Below, one piece after another: positions 52,845-64,000 of a stretch of 64,000 bases of DNA. Every line of letters begins with the position of its first letter. Position 1 is the stretch's first letter. The stretch is from contig NC_068982.1 in NCBI RefSeq assembly GCF_001194135.2, forward strand, positions 35,195,433 to 35,259,432, given 5' to 3'. Both the position numbers and the translations under genes were made by a program. The notes beneath the pieces were generated by a model, which made no database searches, had not been told where the DNA came from, and was given only the letters and a program-made list of their open reading frames with translations. The stretch is from Octopus bimaculoides. Lineage: Eukaryota.

Positions 52845-53112
52845 TGTCGGGCATGTGGAAGGGAGTGTGATTCAGCAGGAGGACTTAAACGACACGCAAA
52901 GGTACATGGAGCCCAATTACAACAGCCAGCAATTGCCAGTAAAGGTTTTGGATGCCAACTCTGTGCAAGACATTGTAGATCTTTGGCTGGGCTAAAAAGT
53001 CACATTCGATCACAGCACCGTTAAGTTAAACTTCGTGCAATGGCCATACTCCATAACGAGGGGGAAGTCATCATGTATGTATGTATGTATGTATGTATGT
53101 ATGTACGTATGT
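52845..53112 (+). mobile_element. 5'-truncated RTE-like LINE end with two C2H2-type zinc fingers, short 3' UTR and (ATGT)n tail
   Basis: CRACGRECDSAGGLKRHAKVH and CQLCARHCRSLAGLKSHIRSQHR* (stop 53022-53024). The C..C.R.C.S.AGL.SH.R.H pattern is typical of RTE ORF2 ends; TATG repeats flank both sides. Confidence 0.75.
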
Positions 53113-53319
53113 GTAACCTTGACCGTTAATCCAATGGTATTAATGATAACTACACCACGTCAAGAAATCATGAATCTACATTTACTAGGGTGAACGTATA
53201 TATTCGTACAAACATATGCACATACAGGTTAAAATACGGAATATGAGAAAACTGGTAATGGCTAAGGTCAACAATAATTAGTCCACAGAAGAATTGTTTG
53301 ATAATTTAAGTTCTTTTAA

Positions 53320-53720
53320 AGAGTCTTCTCTTTAGGACATCGCTTCCTTTGAAGCGTTGGCTATCGATTTCCCGCCGCTCTTCTCGACTCTAAATTGCCT
53401 TTCCTGCTTCCCTTCAGTTGAATCCCTGCATTTTCTACTCAGCCTCAATATCCCGCCTACAGATAGTTATTTTTGGCGGGAGCCGTCCTGTCGGAGTTTG
53501 CTGCACCTTTGTTTTTCCTCTAGGTAGATGTATTGGCCCTATGCAAAACCCATTTTTACCTGTGTGAAGAGGTAGCCCATATTAGTCTGGCTTCTATCCT
53601 TTGACCTGTTCAGAATGGGAGACCCAACCAAGAACTTGATCTCCGCTGGCATAGCTTTCAGGGTTATTGAGGCAACAAGCCAGCACTGCACAACAAGGGG
53701 TGGACCTTGTGTTGGGTGAA
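53320..53720 (-). mobile_element. Probable internally deleted RTE-like LINE (5' UTR-like segment joined to 3' end)
   Basis: 3' part GRLPPKITICRRDIEAE*KMQGFN*REAGKAI*SREERREI. The 5' part gggtctcccatt..gaacaggtcaaagg..gccagactaa...gcatagggccaatac resembles RTE 5' UTRs as I recall them. Confidence 0.5.
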
Positions 53721-53730
53721 GACTGTAGAA

Positions 53731-53764
53731 TCTGACATTTCGAGCCATTTCTCTTCGTTGGAGA
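53731..53764 (-). ncRNA. Degenerate minimal hammerhead-like motif
   Basis: Minus strand: TCT CCAACGA a GAG-aaatgg-CTC GAAA TG TC / AGA; same layout as 41336-41372. Confidence 0.5.
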
Positions 53765-54960
53765 GTGATGAAGAGGAAGGAAATGACACTGCTACAAGAA
53801 TATTAATAAATTATTAATTAGGAGACAAACAACGTCGTTAGAGAATCGAACGAAATACCTTGCGGTATTTATTCTGTTTTTTGCATTCTGATTTTACATC
53901 CCGCCGAGATAAGCGCTGCCTTTTACCCTTCTGTGGAAACGGGAAATCAATATAATGAAATACCTGTCTAGCACGATGAATTGTCAGAATGTTGGAATGT
54001 CAACTGGGATGTTATCTGACATTNNNNNNNNNNNNNNNNNNNNNNNNNNNNNNNNNNNNNNNNNNNNNNNNNNNNNNNNNNNNNNNNNNNNNNNNNNNNN
54101 NNNNNNNNNNNNNNNNNNNNNNNNNNNNNNNNNNNNNNNNNNNNNNNNNNNNNNNNNNNNNNNNNNNNNNNNNNNNNNNNNNNNNNNNNNNNNNNNNNNN
54201 NNNNNNNNNNNNNNNNNNNNNNNNNNNNNNNNNNNNNNNNNNNNNNNNNNNNNNNNNNNNNNNNNNNNNNNNNNNNNNNNNNNNNNNNNNNNNNNNNNNN
54301 NNNNNNNNNNNNNNNNNNNNNNNNNNNNNNNNNNNNNNNNNNNNNNNNNNNNNNNNNNNNNNNNNNNNNNNNNNNNNNNNNNNNNNNNNNNNNNCAGCAG
54401 CACTGCTCTTTTCCTGATAGCCTGTAAAGTGTTAACGATACGCAGCTCAAAATTGACTGACGCTCCCTTTAATAATAAAAAAAAATGGAAAATAAAACAA
54501 AAGCTCTATTTTCGCCTGACATTTTTAGCCCTTCCTACAACTAGGCCAATTTAAAGTTTGATGTATTCAGATCGTGATCAAATCTCGCTAATTCCCATTC
54601 AAAGGCTTTAACCCCTTTCGCTACTGTATTTTTTCAACTGTAGTACACTCTCTATATCTTTCATTTAAATTCTAAAATCGTTAATATAGATTGTTTTAAC
54701 TGTATCTGATTTTACTTGTTGATATAGGAATGACGGAGATGTACTTGCATAGCAAGTGACTTGGTCTGAGATCGTGTGCTGAAACAAAAACAATTGCAGC
54801 GTGGAAGGTGCTTCTAAGCTATTTAAAAGCATACAAAATCCGTCAGATTCACTACAACATTTAAATTTAATTTGTCAAAATATTTTCGTTGCTTTGATAC
54901 CGCGACCTGTTCACTGACAAAATTCTGTGCTGCATCTGAGAAAGTAACAGGTAGTTCATG

Positions 54961-54992
<32 letters not shown>

Positions 54993-55605
54993 GCATGTAC
55001 GTATGTACGTATGTNNNNNNNNNNCGCGCGCGCGCGCGTGTGTGTGTGTGTGTATGTGTGTCCCTCTCACCACCGTCAAACTGTGAATAAATACCTTCCA
55101 CGTCGCAATTGATATAGGAATGTTTGTGTCAAAATTACTTTATTTAGTATAAAACAAAAATGATAATATGGAAAAAATCTGAAATATAAAATCATTTATA
55201 TAACATTTGGCAGGTTTTGTGTTTCGTCCTACAGTGTGTCCAACGAAAACCTTCCTTTTTACCAAACATGCTTCGCAGAGTAGCCGACGATACAACACTG
55301 GCACTGGTAACGTTACACGTCACCAGTAGCATTAAGAGAGACCTTCAGGTATATATACATAAATATATACATACATACTTACATATATACATACATACAG
55401 ACAGACAGACAAACACACGCACATGTATACATACATGCACATACACACATAGATACATACATATAGGGAATTATCGACGTTTCATAAAACGCCAATAATA
55501 CCCATAACAGCTTGAAAGTCACATTTTATTTCCTTCTCATAAAATGAGGCCTCATACCATAAGAACTGTTGCTGCTATTAATATTAATGCTGCTACTGCT
55601 ACAGG

Positions 55606-55618
55606 TGCTGCTGCTGCT

Positions 55619-55648
<30 letters not shown>
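55606..55648. repeat. (GCT)n microsatellite
   Basis: Direct reading; source of the poly-Ala and poly-Leu ORFs. Confidence 0.95.
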
Positions 55649-55649
<1 letters not shown>

Positions 55650-55789
55650 CTACTGTATGTTGTTGTCCTTCTTCTTTTGGCCCTCACTTTGCAAACCTCG
55701 GATCAAAGGCATTTCAGTCTTGGTCATTCAGTTTTCCAGAGATGCTACAAATCAAATATAATATACCATTCCCCTTTTTTTAAATGGTA

Positions 55790-56778
55790 GACCAACATTT
55801 GAGGGTATATTTAGTTGCTGTTTCTAACGGGTCAAACGACAATTGCATTAGAGGCTCCGTTGTTGCCGTTGCCTGTAAAAAAATTTTAATACTTCAAGCC
55901 CTAAAGGCGGCGAACTGACAGAATTGTTAGCATGCCGGAGAAAAAGCTTAACATCATTTTTTCCGTTTTTACGTTCTGAGTTCAAATTCCGTCGAGGGCT
56001 ACTTTGCCTTTCATTCTTTCGGGGTCGATAAAATAACCACCAGCTGAGCACTGGGATCGATGTAAATCGATTTATTCCCTCTCCCGAACTTGCAGGCTTT
56101 GTGCCAAAATTTTAAATCGATACTTTGAGCCTTACAGGTGGCGAGCTGGCAGAATCGTTAGCACGCCGGGCAAAATACTTAGCGGCATTTCATCCGTCTT
56201 TACTTTCTCAGTTCAAATTCCGCCGAGACCAAATTTGACAACAATTTGAAGAGATACTTAATTGCTGTTTCTAACAGGTCAAGCGACAACTGCATAGAGG
56301 CTTTGTTGCTGTTGNNNNNNNNNNCTCTCCCGAACTTGCAGGCTTTGTGCCAAAATTTTAAATCGATACTTTGAGCCTTACAGGTGGCGAGCTGGCAGAA
56401 TCGTTAGCACGCCGGGCAAAATACTTAGCGGCATTTCATCCGTCTTTACTTTCTCAGTTCAAATTCCGCCGAGACCAAATTTGACAACAATTTGAAGAGA
56501 TACTTAATTGCTGTTTCTAACAGGTCAAGCGACAACTGCATAGAGGCTTTGTTGCTGTTGTCTGTAAAAAGTCTTAATATCTTAAGCCTTAAAAGCGGCG
56601 AGCTGGCAGAATCGTTAGCACGCCGGGCAAAATACTTAGCGACATTTCGTCTGTTTTTACGTTCTCAATTCAAATTCAATTGAGGGCTACTTCGCTTTTC
56701 ACTTTTTTCGGGATCGATGTGAATCGACTTACCCGCTCTCCTGAACTTGCTGGCCTTGTACCAAAATTTGAAACCAAT
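55790..56778 (+). mobile_element. SINE family B tandem cluster with a repeated ~110-bp spacer
   Basis: Heads ggcggcga(a/g)ctg at about 55905, 56137, 56383 and 56594; spacer 55790-55903 is similar to 56480-56592. Confidence 0.9.
56079..56560. other. Exact 236-bp duplication around a 10-N gap (probable assembly artefact)
   Basis: 56079-56314 is identical to 56325-56560. Confidence 0.88.
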
Positions 56779-57239
56779 ATTTCGTGTCTTACCGATTTGC
56801 TTATTTGCTTAAGGCACTTTCATGATAATCATCGAACTTTTCGAGACTCAGAATATTCTCTTTTTGTCTGAGATAACAAACAATTTCAGAATTAAAGATG
56901 CCTGTTGTTTGTTCGGAACAACAACGATAAATGTGACTATAAAAACAGCCCATAATACTTGATATATCACATTATAATAAATATACTAGACACATGTGTA
57001 CATTCACAAACATACAAAGCTGCTTACAATTTCTCTTTTACATGCACACTCTCTCTATCTTTCTTCTTCTCACACACACACACACATCTATTTCTCTTCT
57101 TTCTTTTGATCTGTACGTACGTAGAGTCTTTCTTTGTAGGTGTTTTTGTAGGTATATTTGAAAGCCTAACCAACGCACACATTTCATACACTTCTCACAA
57201 CATATCTCAGTCATATACTTACACATATACACACACACA

Positions 57240-57278
<39 letters not shown>

Positions 57279-57840
57279 CACATATCTATATATCTATATA
57301 TCTATAGCCACCATATTGTCTGTAATCTCTTTTAGGCCGCCTTTCTGTTCTAACCCGCTCCCTCTTGCCCCTCCCTCTCAATCTCCCTCTTCTCTCATTC
57401 TATCTCCCTCTTTCTTTGTCTTTTTCTCTCTATCTCTCTCTCTCTCTCTTTCTCTCTTTCTATCCGTAATACCTTAACACAGGCACACACAGATACACAC
57501 TGATTCATCTTTAATAATATATGCATTTACTATCTCATCTTTACACCTTATTTCTCTAACTCCCACTCTCCTTTTCTTTTCTGATAACCTAACACACATA
57601 CACACACACTGACACAAACACAAACACGCGCGAACGCACACTCAAATAAAGGACAGACACCTCTGTTCAACAAGCCCGTATCATACTTATTCACACGTAA
57701 ACATATACACAACATCTATCAATCTATTTATCTTCTCTGCATCATATATTTCCATCATCCATATCCCTTTCATACAGTAACACACAAACATACCTAGTCA
57801 CACATATCTATATCTATATATTCATATATATACATATCTG

Positions 57841-57932
57841 TGTGTGTATATGTATGTATGTGAGTGTGTGTATGTATGTATGTATATATACAGCCTTTAT
57901 AGTCTTTATAATATTTATTATCTAGTTATTGT
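57841..57932 (+). repeat. About 90-bp segment duplicated at 61755-61842
   Basis: ...cagcctttatagtc(t/c)ttataatatttattatctagttattgt, plus the same preceding compound microsatellite. Confidence 0.9.
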
Positions 57933-59159
57933 TTCTCTCACTTCTTTCATTCTCTTTTATACACTCTCTTGTCTTACTCCAGCTCCGCCCCACCACCCCA
58001 CACCCTCACATTTTCCCTTTCATTCATCCGAGTGTCCTCCCTTTATTTCACTCTCTCTCTAAGACAATTCATATATAATCTCCCATCACTCGATTTCTCC
58101 CTCAGCTCAATTCCAATAGTATTATCTTGCTCTTCTTCTCTATCTTGAATCAATTCCTACCCTCAAATCTCTCTTTCCGCCATTTCAGTCTCTTTTCTTT
58201 CTCTCTCTCTCTCTCTTTCTCACTCTCATCTCATCACAATCGTCTTTCTCTTGCTCTCTCTCTCATTGCTTTCAATCTTCCCTCGTCTTCACTGTTTGTT
58301 TGACAATGTTATCGACGTAACCTCCGCGACATTAGCTTTCTCGAGGAAGAATCAGTTTTAATAAATCGTTCGTTTTATATTATTGCTATAGGCCCATAAG
58401 TAATTAGAAAGGACAGTACTAGGATTAAAACGAGAACTTTCGGAAATATCACATAAACTCAATAAATATTGTGTCTAACAATATCTATAACCATATCAGT
58501 ATAATATACGCATGCATGTATAGATACACGTGCGTGTGTGTGTGTGTGGGGGGGGAAATATATATATATATATATATANNNNNNNNNNNNNNNNNNNNNN
58601 NNNNNNNNNNNNNNNNNNNNNNNNNNNNNNNNNNNNNNNNNNNNNNNNNNNNNNNNNNNNNNNNNNNNNNNNNNNNNNNNNNNNNNNNNNNNNNNNNNNN
58701 NNNNNNNNNNNNNNNNNNNNNNNNNNNNNNNNNNNNNNNNNNNNNNNNNNNNNNNNNNNNNNNNNNNNNNNNNNNNNNNNNNNNNNNNNNNNNNNNNNNN
58801 NNNNNNNNNNNNNNNNNNNNNNNNNNNNNNNNNNNNNNNNNNNNNNNNNNNNNNNNNNNNNNNNNNNNNNNNNNNNNNNNNNNNNNNNNNNNNNNNNNNN
58901 NNNNNNNNNNNNNNNNNNNNNNNNNNNNNNNNNNNNNNNNNNNNNNNNNNNNNNNNNNNNNNNNNNNNNNNNNNNNNNNNNNNNNNNNNNNNNNNNNNNN
59001 NNNNNNNNNNNNNNNNNNNNNNNNNNNNNNNNNNNNNNNNNNNNNNNNNNNNNNNNNNNNNNNTGTGTGTGTGTGTGTGTGTGTTAAACACACGTATGCG
59101 TATTTGTATATATGTTCTCTACTATCTTTGATTATTTGAAATTTTCTTTAAAGGAAGAA

Positions 59160-59640
59160 GCTGGTTTTAACAAAGATAAAAAAAACTCCACCGCTGGAAT
59201 GTAGGTAAAAAAGAAATGTCACATTTTAAACTCGAGTAATGTCTTGCATATTTGTTCCCTTCCGCTTAGAAATTGTATTTGTTATGTGCGTATTAAGTGA
59301 CTAAGTTCTCTTTCTAAAAACCATAGCCTTTCCAGATTGTCAGGTATTTATTCGCAAAACCAAGTACACCTATTATTATTGGTATATGTATGAATTTATA
59401 ATCTAGATATAGAAGCTGAACCTTCGAAGCAATAGTCTATAGTTATCCTTCTCTTTGATTTTCGAAGAGTTATTCACAGAAGTAGAGCAGCTGGCTTTTA
59501 TGACATTATTTTTTTTTTGTCTATCCCAAATAACAATGTCCGACCTGTTATGTTTGTATTTGGTAGAGGTTTTGATGGGAATGTTCCACCAATAAACTTT
59601 GAGCTGAAATTTATGTATGCATTGAATAACAGAGGTGTTC
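59160..59640 (-). mobile_element. R4/Dong-like non-LTR retrotransposon 3' end (restriction-like endonuclease domain), frameshifted
   Basis: KVYWWNIPIKTSTKYKHNRSDIVIWDRQKK...CSTSVN...KIKEKDNY..L, then RYKFIHIPIIIGVLGF, then LSGREQICKTLLEFKM* (stop 59219-59221). Confidence 0.82.
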
Positions 59641-61414
59641 TGTATATTTATTTCAGTATGTATGTATGCATGCATATATGCATGTATGTATAGGACAGTA
59701 TGTATGTTTGTGTATATGTATGGATTGTATGTATTTCTGAATATATATATGCAGGTATGTGCATGCATAAATACTTTTAGATTTACATATGCACATCTGC
59801 TTCTGTACATATTTTCTATGCATTTGAAAACTTAAATACGAATGCCCATACTTTCATACATACACAGGGTCAAATACAAAATTGTGTATGTATAAATAAA
59901 TATTTTCCCATTCATATGTTAATACACAAATGCATACACATATGCATATGCATATAATTATCCAATCGAAGTGACATTCTGATACACAGCGTACATAAGT
60001 ATATTAGAATAGTCAATATATGCAATTAAACGGAAGTATAATCTAAATACCTGCTGGTCACACATCTCAAAAGAGTTCTACTTACGTTTGAATATACCTC
60101 GTTTAAATACGCATATATGCATTAATACATTCAATGGAGATATGCACTCGCATGAATAAATACAGATGTCTTTTCTGGAATGCATCATATGCTAAGAAGA
60201 ATACACAGTCTTTCCGGCGCTTACATACTCAAATGTATGCAAATACACGTTCTCAAACACTCATAATTATATATGTGTGTGTATGTGTGTGTGTGTGTAT
60301 GCATGTGCATGTGCGTGAATATATGTATATATGTTTGTATGTATATATGTGTGCGTGCGTGTGTGTATATATATATATATATATTTATGTATATGGGTAT
60401 TATATGGGTATGTGTATGNNNNNNNNNNNNNNNNNNNNNNNNNNNNNNNNNNNNNNNNNNNNNNNNNNNNNNNNNNNNNNNNNNNNNNNNNNNNNNNNNN
60501 NNNNNNNNNNNNNNNNNNNNNNNNNNNNNNNNNNNNNNNNNNNNNNNNNNNNNNNNNNNNNNNNNNNNNNNNNNNNNNNNNNNNNNNNNNNNNNNNNNNN
60601 NNNNNNNNNNNNNNNNNNNNNNNNNNNNNNNNNNNNNNNNNNNNNNNNNNNNNNNNNNNNNNNNNNNNNNNNNNNNNNNNNNNNNNNNNNNNNNNNNNNN
60701 NNNNNNNNNNNNNNNNNNNNNNNNNNNNNNNNNNNNNNNNATATATATATATAATCCAAGAAAGTTAGGGGTTGTGAAGCCAACACACTAAGGGATAATA
60801 TCTATCCACACCAGCAGGACTCTAACTTTTCCATAAGCAGAAAAATAACGGAGTGTCTCATCGCAGGTTATAGAAGTCCGGACATTATTATTATAACAAT
60901 TTCTCATGAAATATATTTTACATAAATTCCTCCATCACAAACAGGACTGACACAGGTTTCGGATATAAACAAATATATATATCTAGCTCTGAACATTTTG
61001 CTGGAAATATAGCGATAAGAACCAATGCACCAGTCCTCCTTTCCAAACGCAACTAAAAGCGTATGTACCAGGGAACATGTATGTATGGAAGTGTTTATAT
61101 ATACATATGTGCATGTATGTATGTGTGGGTGGGTATATATATGTGTCTTCCTCATATATAGTAACAATAACAATTGACTCATTGGTGTGCATGTATAGAC
61201 GTTTATGTGTGTGTATATAAACGTCACACATAAATGTACATATAAGTATTCATGTATTTATGTTTATGTATTTATGTCCATCCATATATGTTAAAATATG
61301 CATGCATATGCATATATATGTGAGTTTTTATGGCTTTTTTATATGGTGTTTTTTATATGCTTTTTTTATATTTATACTTGGATATTGTAAACAAACTTCA
61401 TGAACTTTGGAAAT

Positions 61415-61544
61415 GTCTGAAGAGACCTAAAGAATCATACATGTACCTCTATTTCATCCATTCCGTCTACCAATTACTCCAGCTTACTAGAGTTATATAG
61501 ATAGAATGACGCATGTCACCTCTAGGCCGAAACAGCTGTAAGAC
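61415..61544 (+). ncRNA. Hammerhead-like motif with canonical core and a ~90-nt stem II loop
   Basis: CTGAAGA (61417-23), GACCTA...TAGGCC, GAAA C-AGCT-G TA / AGAC. It shares GAAACAGCTGTAAGAC with 33657-33704; stem I is damaged. Confidence 0.6.
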
Positions 61545-61844
61545 TTTGTCCCTTTTTCTGTCACTAGATGTCCTTTTGAATTTTTTAATTTTAATTGCTG
61601 ATATGACATAGTGTGTCATATGTGTTTGTAAATTGTCTTTATTGTCCTCTTGGTTGAAAAATAAACAGGTAAATTGACATAGTACAGTGTTTGCAAGTTG
61701 ACGAGTACCACATATTCTCCTACATTTTTTTATTGCTTTATATATATACATGTGTGTGTGTATATGTATGTATGTGAGTGTATGTATGCATGTATAGACA
61801 CAGCCTTTATAGTCCTTATAATATTTATTATCTAGTTATTGTGT

Positions 61845-62062
61845 CTTTGTGTCTGTGTTGTCTCTACCACACGACTAACATCGTTTGACAACGGATGTTG
61901 GTGTTTTTACGCCCCCATAACTTTGCGGTCGGCAAAAAAGTCGATAGAATAAATACCACATTTACAAAGAATAAATCTTGGGATCGATTTCTTCAATTAA
62001 AAGGCGGTGCTCCAGCATGTCCGCAGTCAAATGACTCAAACTAATGAAAGAATACAAGAATA
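61845..62062 (+). mobile_element. SINE family A, 3' half
   Basis: catcgtttgacaacggatgttggtg...gatagaataaatac...ggcggtgctccagcatgtccgcagtcaaatgac. Confidence 0.9.
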
Positions 62063-62087
62063 TAATATATATATATAGACAAAGAAG

Positions 62088-62161
<74 letters not shown>

Positions 62162-62924
62162 TACAAGCACATGTATGCACACATACATACACACGTACAC
62201 ACTTACATACATACATACATACATGCATACATAGACACGCACACACAAGCATATGATCATGTATTTCATTAACACGGTCAACGTATCATATCTAAAAATC
62301 TTAGGAAACATTGTAAGCCTTTTCAGTTCATGCTGTGTTCAAAGAACCAAGTATCTTTCATTTCCAAAGATTAGCTGAGAAATCGTACGGAACAGAAATT
62401 AACTGTCCAAGACACTGGGCAATGTTCTTGGCGTGATATCGTTATTAAAAAACGCATCCTTCGACCAGGAATATACATTAAAGTGCTCGTATCATTATGA
62501 ACACGCCGCTACCCAGGCTGTATGCGAAAAGATGGTAGCACAGCCTCCGAGAGAAATATAGTGAGGTATATCAAGACTACTTCCGAGCTTCAGTAGCGTG
62601 AGGTCCTCTCAGTTCGAGATGAAGTGACTAGGTTCTTTTCCTGGTTTTTTTTAGGGAGAGATCCTTCCCATATTTGCGGGCATCTGCTTGGCTTTTCAAA
62701 CCTCAATCTACTATACGGGCTGAACCGACATTTTATAGGCATTGAGTGGGTGACTGTTTGCAATACATCCTTTGAAATAATTTAGAGCGTTTGTTAAGGT
62801 ATCGAATATATTGTGTAATTTAGGACTAGTATTTATTTAGAGTGTTGGATAGGAGTTTCGATCCCCTCCGTTTTATATACCTTTTGTTACAAGTACATGT
62901 CAATGTTAACAAGATTCATTTCAT

Positions 62925-63296
62925 AATGGTTCCAAATTTTGGCAAAAATTTTAGATCGACCCTGATGCTCAACTAGCACTTATTTTATCGCCCCGAAAGG
63001 CTGAAAGGTAAAGTTGACTTCAGCGAAATTCGAACTCAAAACGTAAAACGAACGAAATGCCGCTAAGCGTTTTGTCCGGCGTGCTAACGATTCTGCCAGG
63101 TCGCCGCCTTCGAAATCAAATTTTAGCACAAACTTTTGATCGACTCCAATACTCAACTGGTACTTATTTTATCGATCCCGAAAGGCTGAAAGGCAAAGTT
63201 GACCTCGGCAGAATTAGAACTCACAACGTAAAGACGGACGAAATGCCGCTAACAATATTATCCGGCGTGCTAACAATTATACCAGCTCACCAGCCC
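62925..63296 (-). mobile_element. SINE family B tandem dimer
   Basis: Units 62925-63110 and 63113-63296; both carry the gaaaggctgaaagg variant and a similar 3' deletion. Confidence 0.92.
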
Positions 63297-63325
63297 TGTA
63301 AGCTCCATTTAATATAACACGACAT

Positions 63326-63531
63326 TAAGGCGGCAAGCTAGCAGAATCGTTACCGCCCCGGCAGTATTTCTTCCCTCTTTACGTTCAGAATTCAAATGCC
63401 ACCGGTGTCGACTTTTCCTTTCATCTTTTCGGGGTCGACAAGATAAGTACCAGCTGAGCACTGGGGTCGATGTAATCAACTTAACTTCTCCCCCGAAATT
63501 GCTGGCTTTGTTCTAAAATGTGAAACCAACA
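63326..63531 (+). mobile_element. SINE family B
   Basis: aaggcggcaagctagcagaatcgtta...gtcgacttttcctttcatcttttcggggtcg...gaaaccaac. Confidence 0.92.
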
Positions 63532-64000
63532 TAACACATTTCTTTTTGCGGTGTGTGTAAGATCCATGGATTACGCTTATCTGGTTTTGATTTTCAAGCT
63601 ATGAAGTGATTACTACATGATATGTCAGATTAAATAAAAACCTGATATTATCTTGAGAAAGGGTGTATTTCTCTGACAGGAAGACAACAAGATTCTCAAT
63701 TTCAACGTTTTGAAACAAGGAGTGGGTATAGGTTGGGTTTATACTTTGACACAGATGAGTAAGTACACCTTCATAGGCACTCGATGACACACAGATACAT
63801 ACATAAATACATACATACATATGTGATATATGATATACATACATATGTATATATAATATTTTGCAATGCTTCACCAAAGAGAAGAACTATAATTGTCACT
63901 AAATGTGACTAGGGTTTAGCTCTTATTTCTAGCAATGTAAGTGTTCTCCTTTTTAGTGAAACATTGCAAACTGCTGTTTATATTATATATATATATATAT

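Noticed and set aside
52782-53024. Host C2H2 zinc-finger gene
   Set aside because: The start codons come from TATG repeats; finger spacing, short UTR and tandem tail fit an RTE LINE end; there are no TGEKP linkers.
60940-61040. Minus-strand GAAAC-CTGT-GTC/AGTCCT with an upstream AGGACT
   Set aside because: The core is too degenerate and there is no coherent stem II.

Overview
AT-rich, microsatellite-saturated animal genomic DNA from a fragmented draft assembly with 22 N-gaps, most next to simple repeats. The repeat families look like those of octopus (coleoid cephalopod); this is my inference from recalled repeat sequences, not a search result. I see no host protein-coding gene or true tRNA/rRNA gene, so the window is probably intergenic or intronic. 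Nearly all ORFs in the track are microsatellite or N-gap artefacts. Supported content: (1) dozens of copies of three groups of tRNA-derived SINEs (my labels A, B, C/D), including local tandem arrays, head-to-head inverted pairs and modular chimeras; (2) a TIR-to-TIR DD37D (maT) Tc1/mariner element with TA target duplication, plus three decayed mariner relics; (3) retroelement relics (Penelope-like GIY-YIG, RTE-like 3' ends including a two-zinc-finger end, an R4/Dong-like endonuclease end); (4) six dispersed minimal type-I hammerhead-ribozyme-like motifs of the Penelope kind, four starting CC rather than CU at core positions 3-4. The hammerhead set is the most interesting unannotated signal. 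Boundaries of degenerate repeats are approximate (about 10-20 bp).
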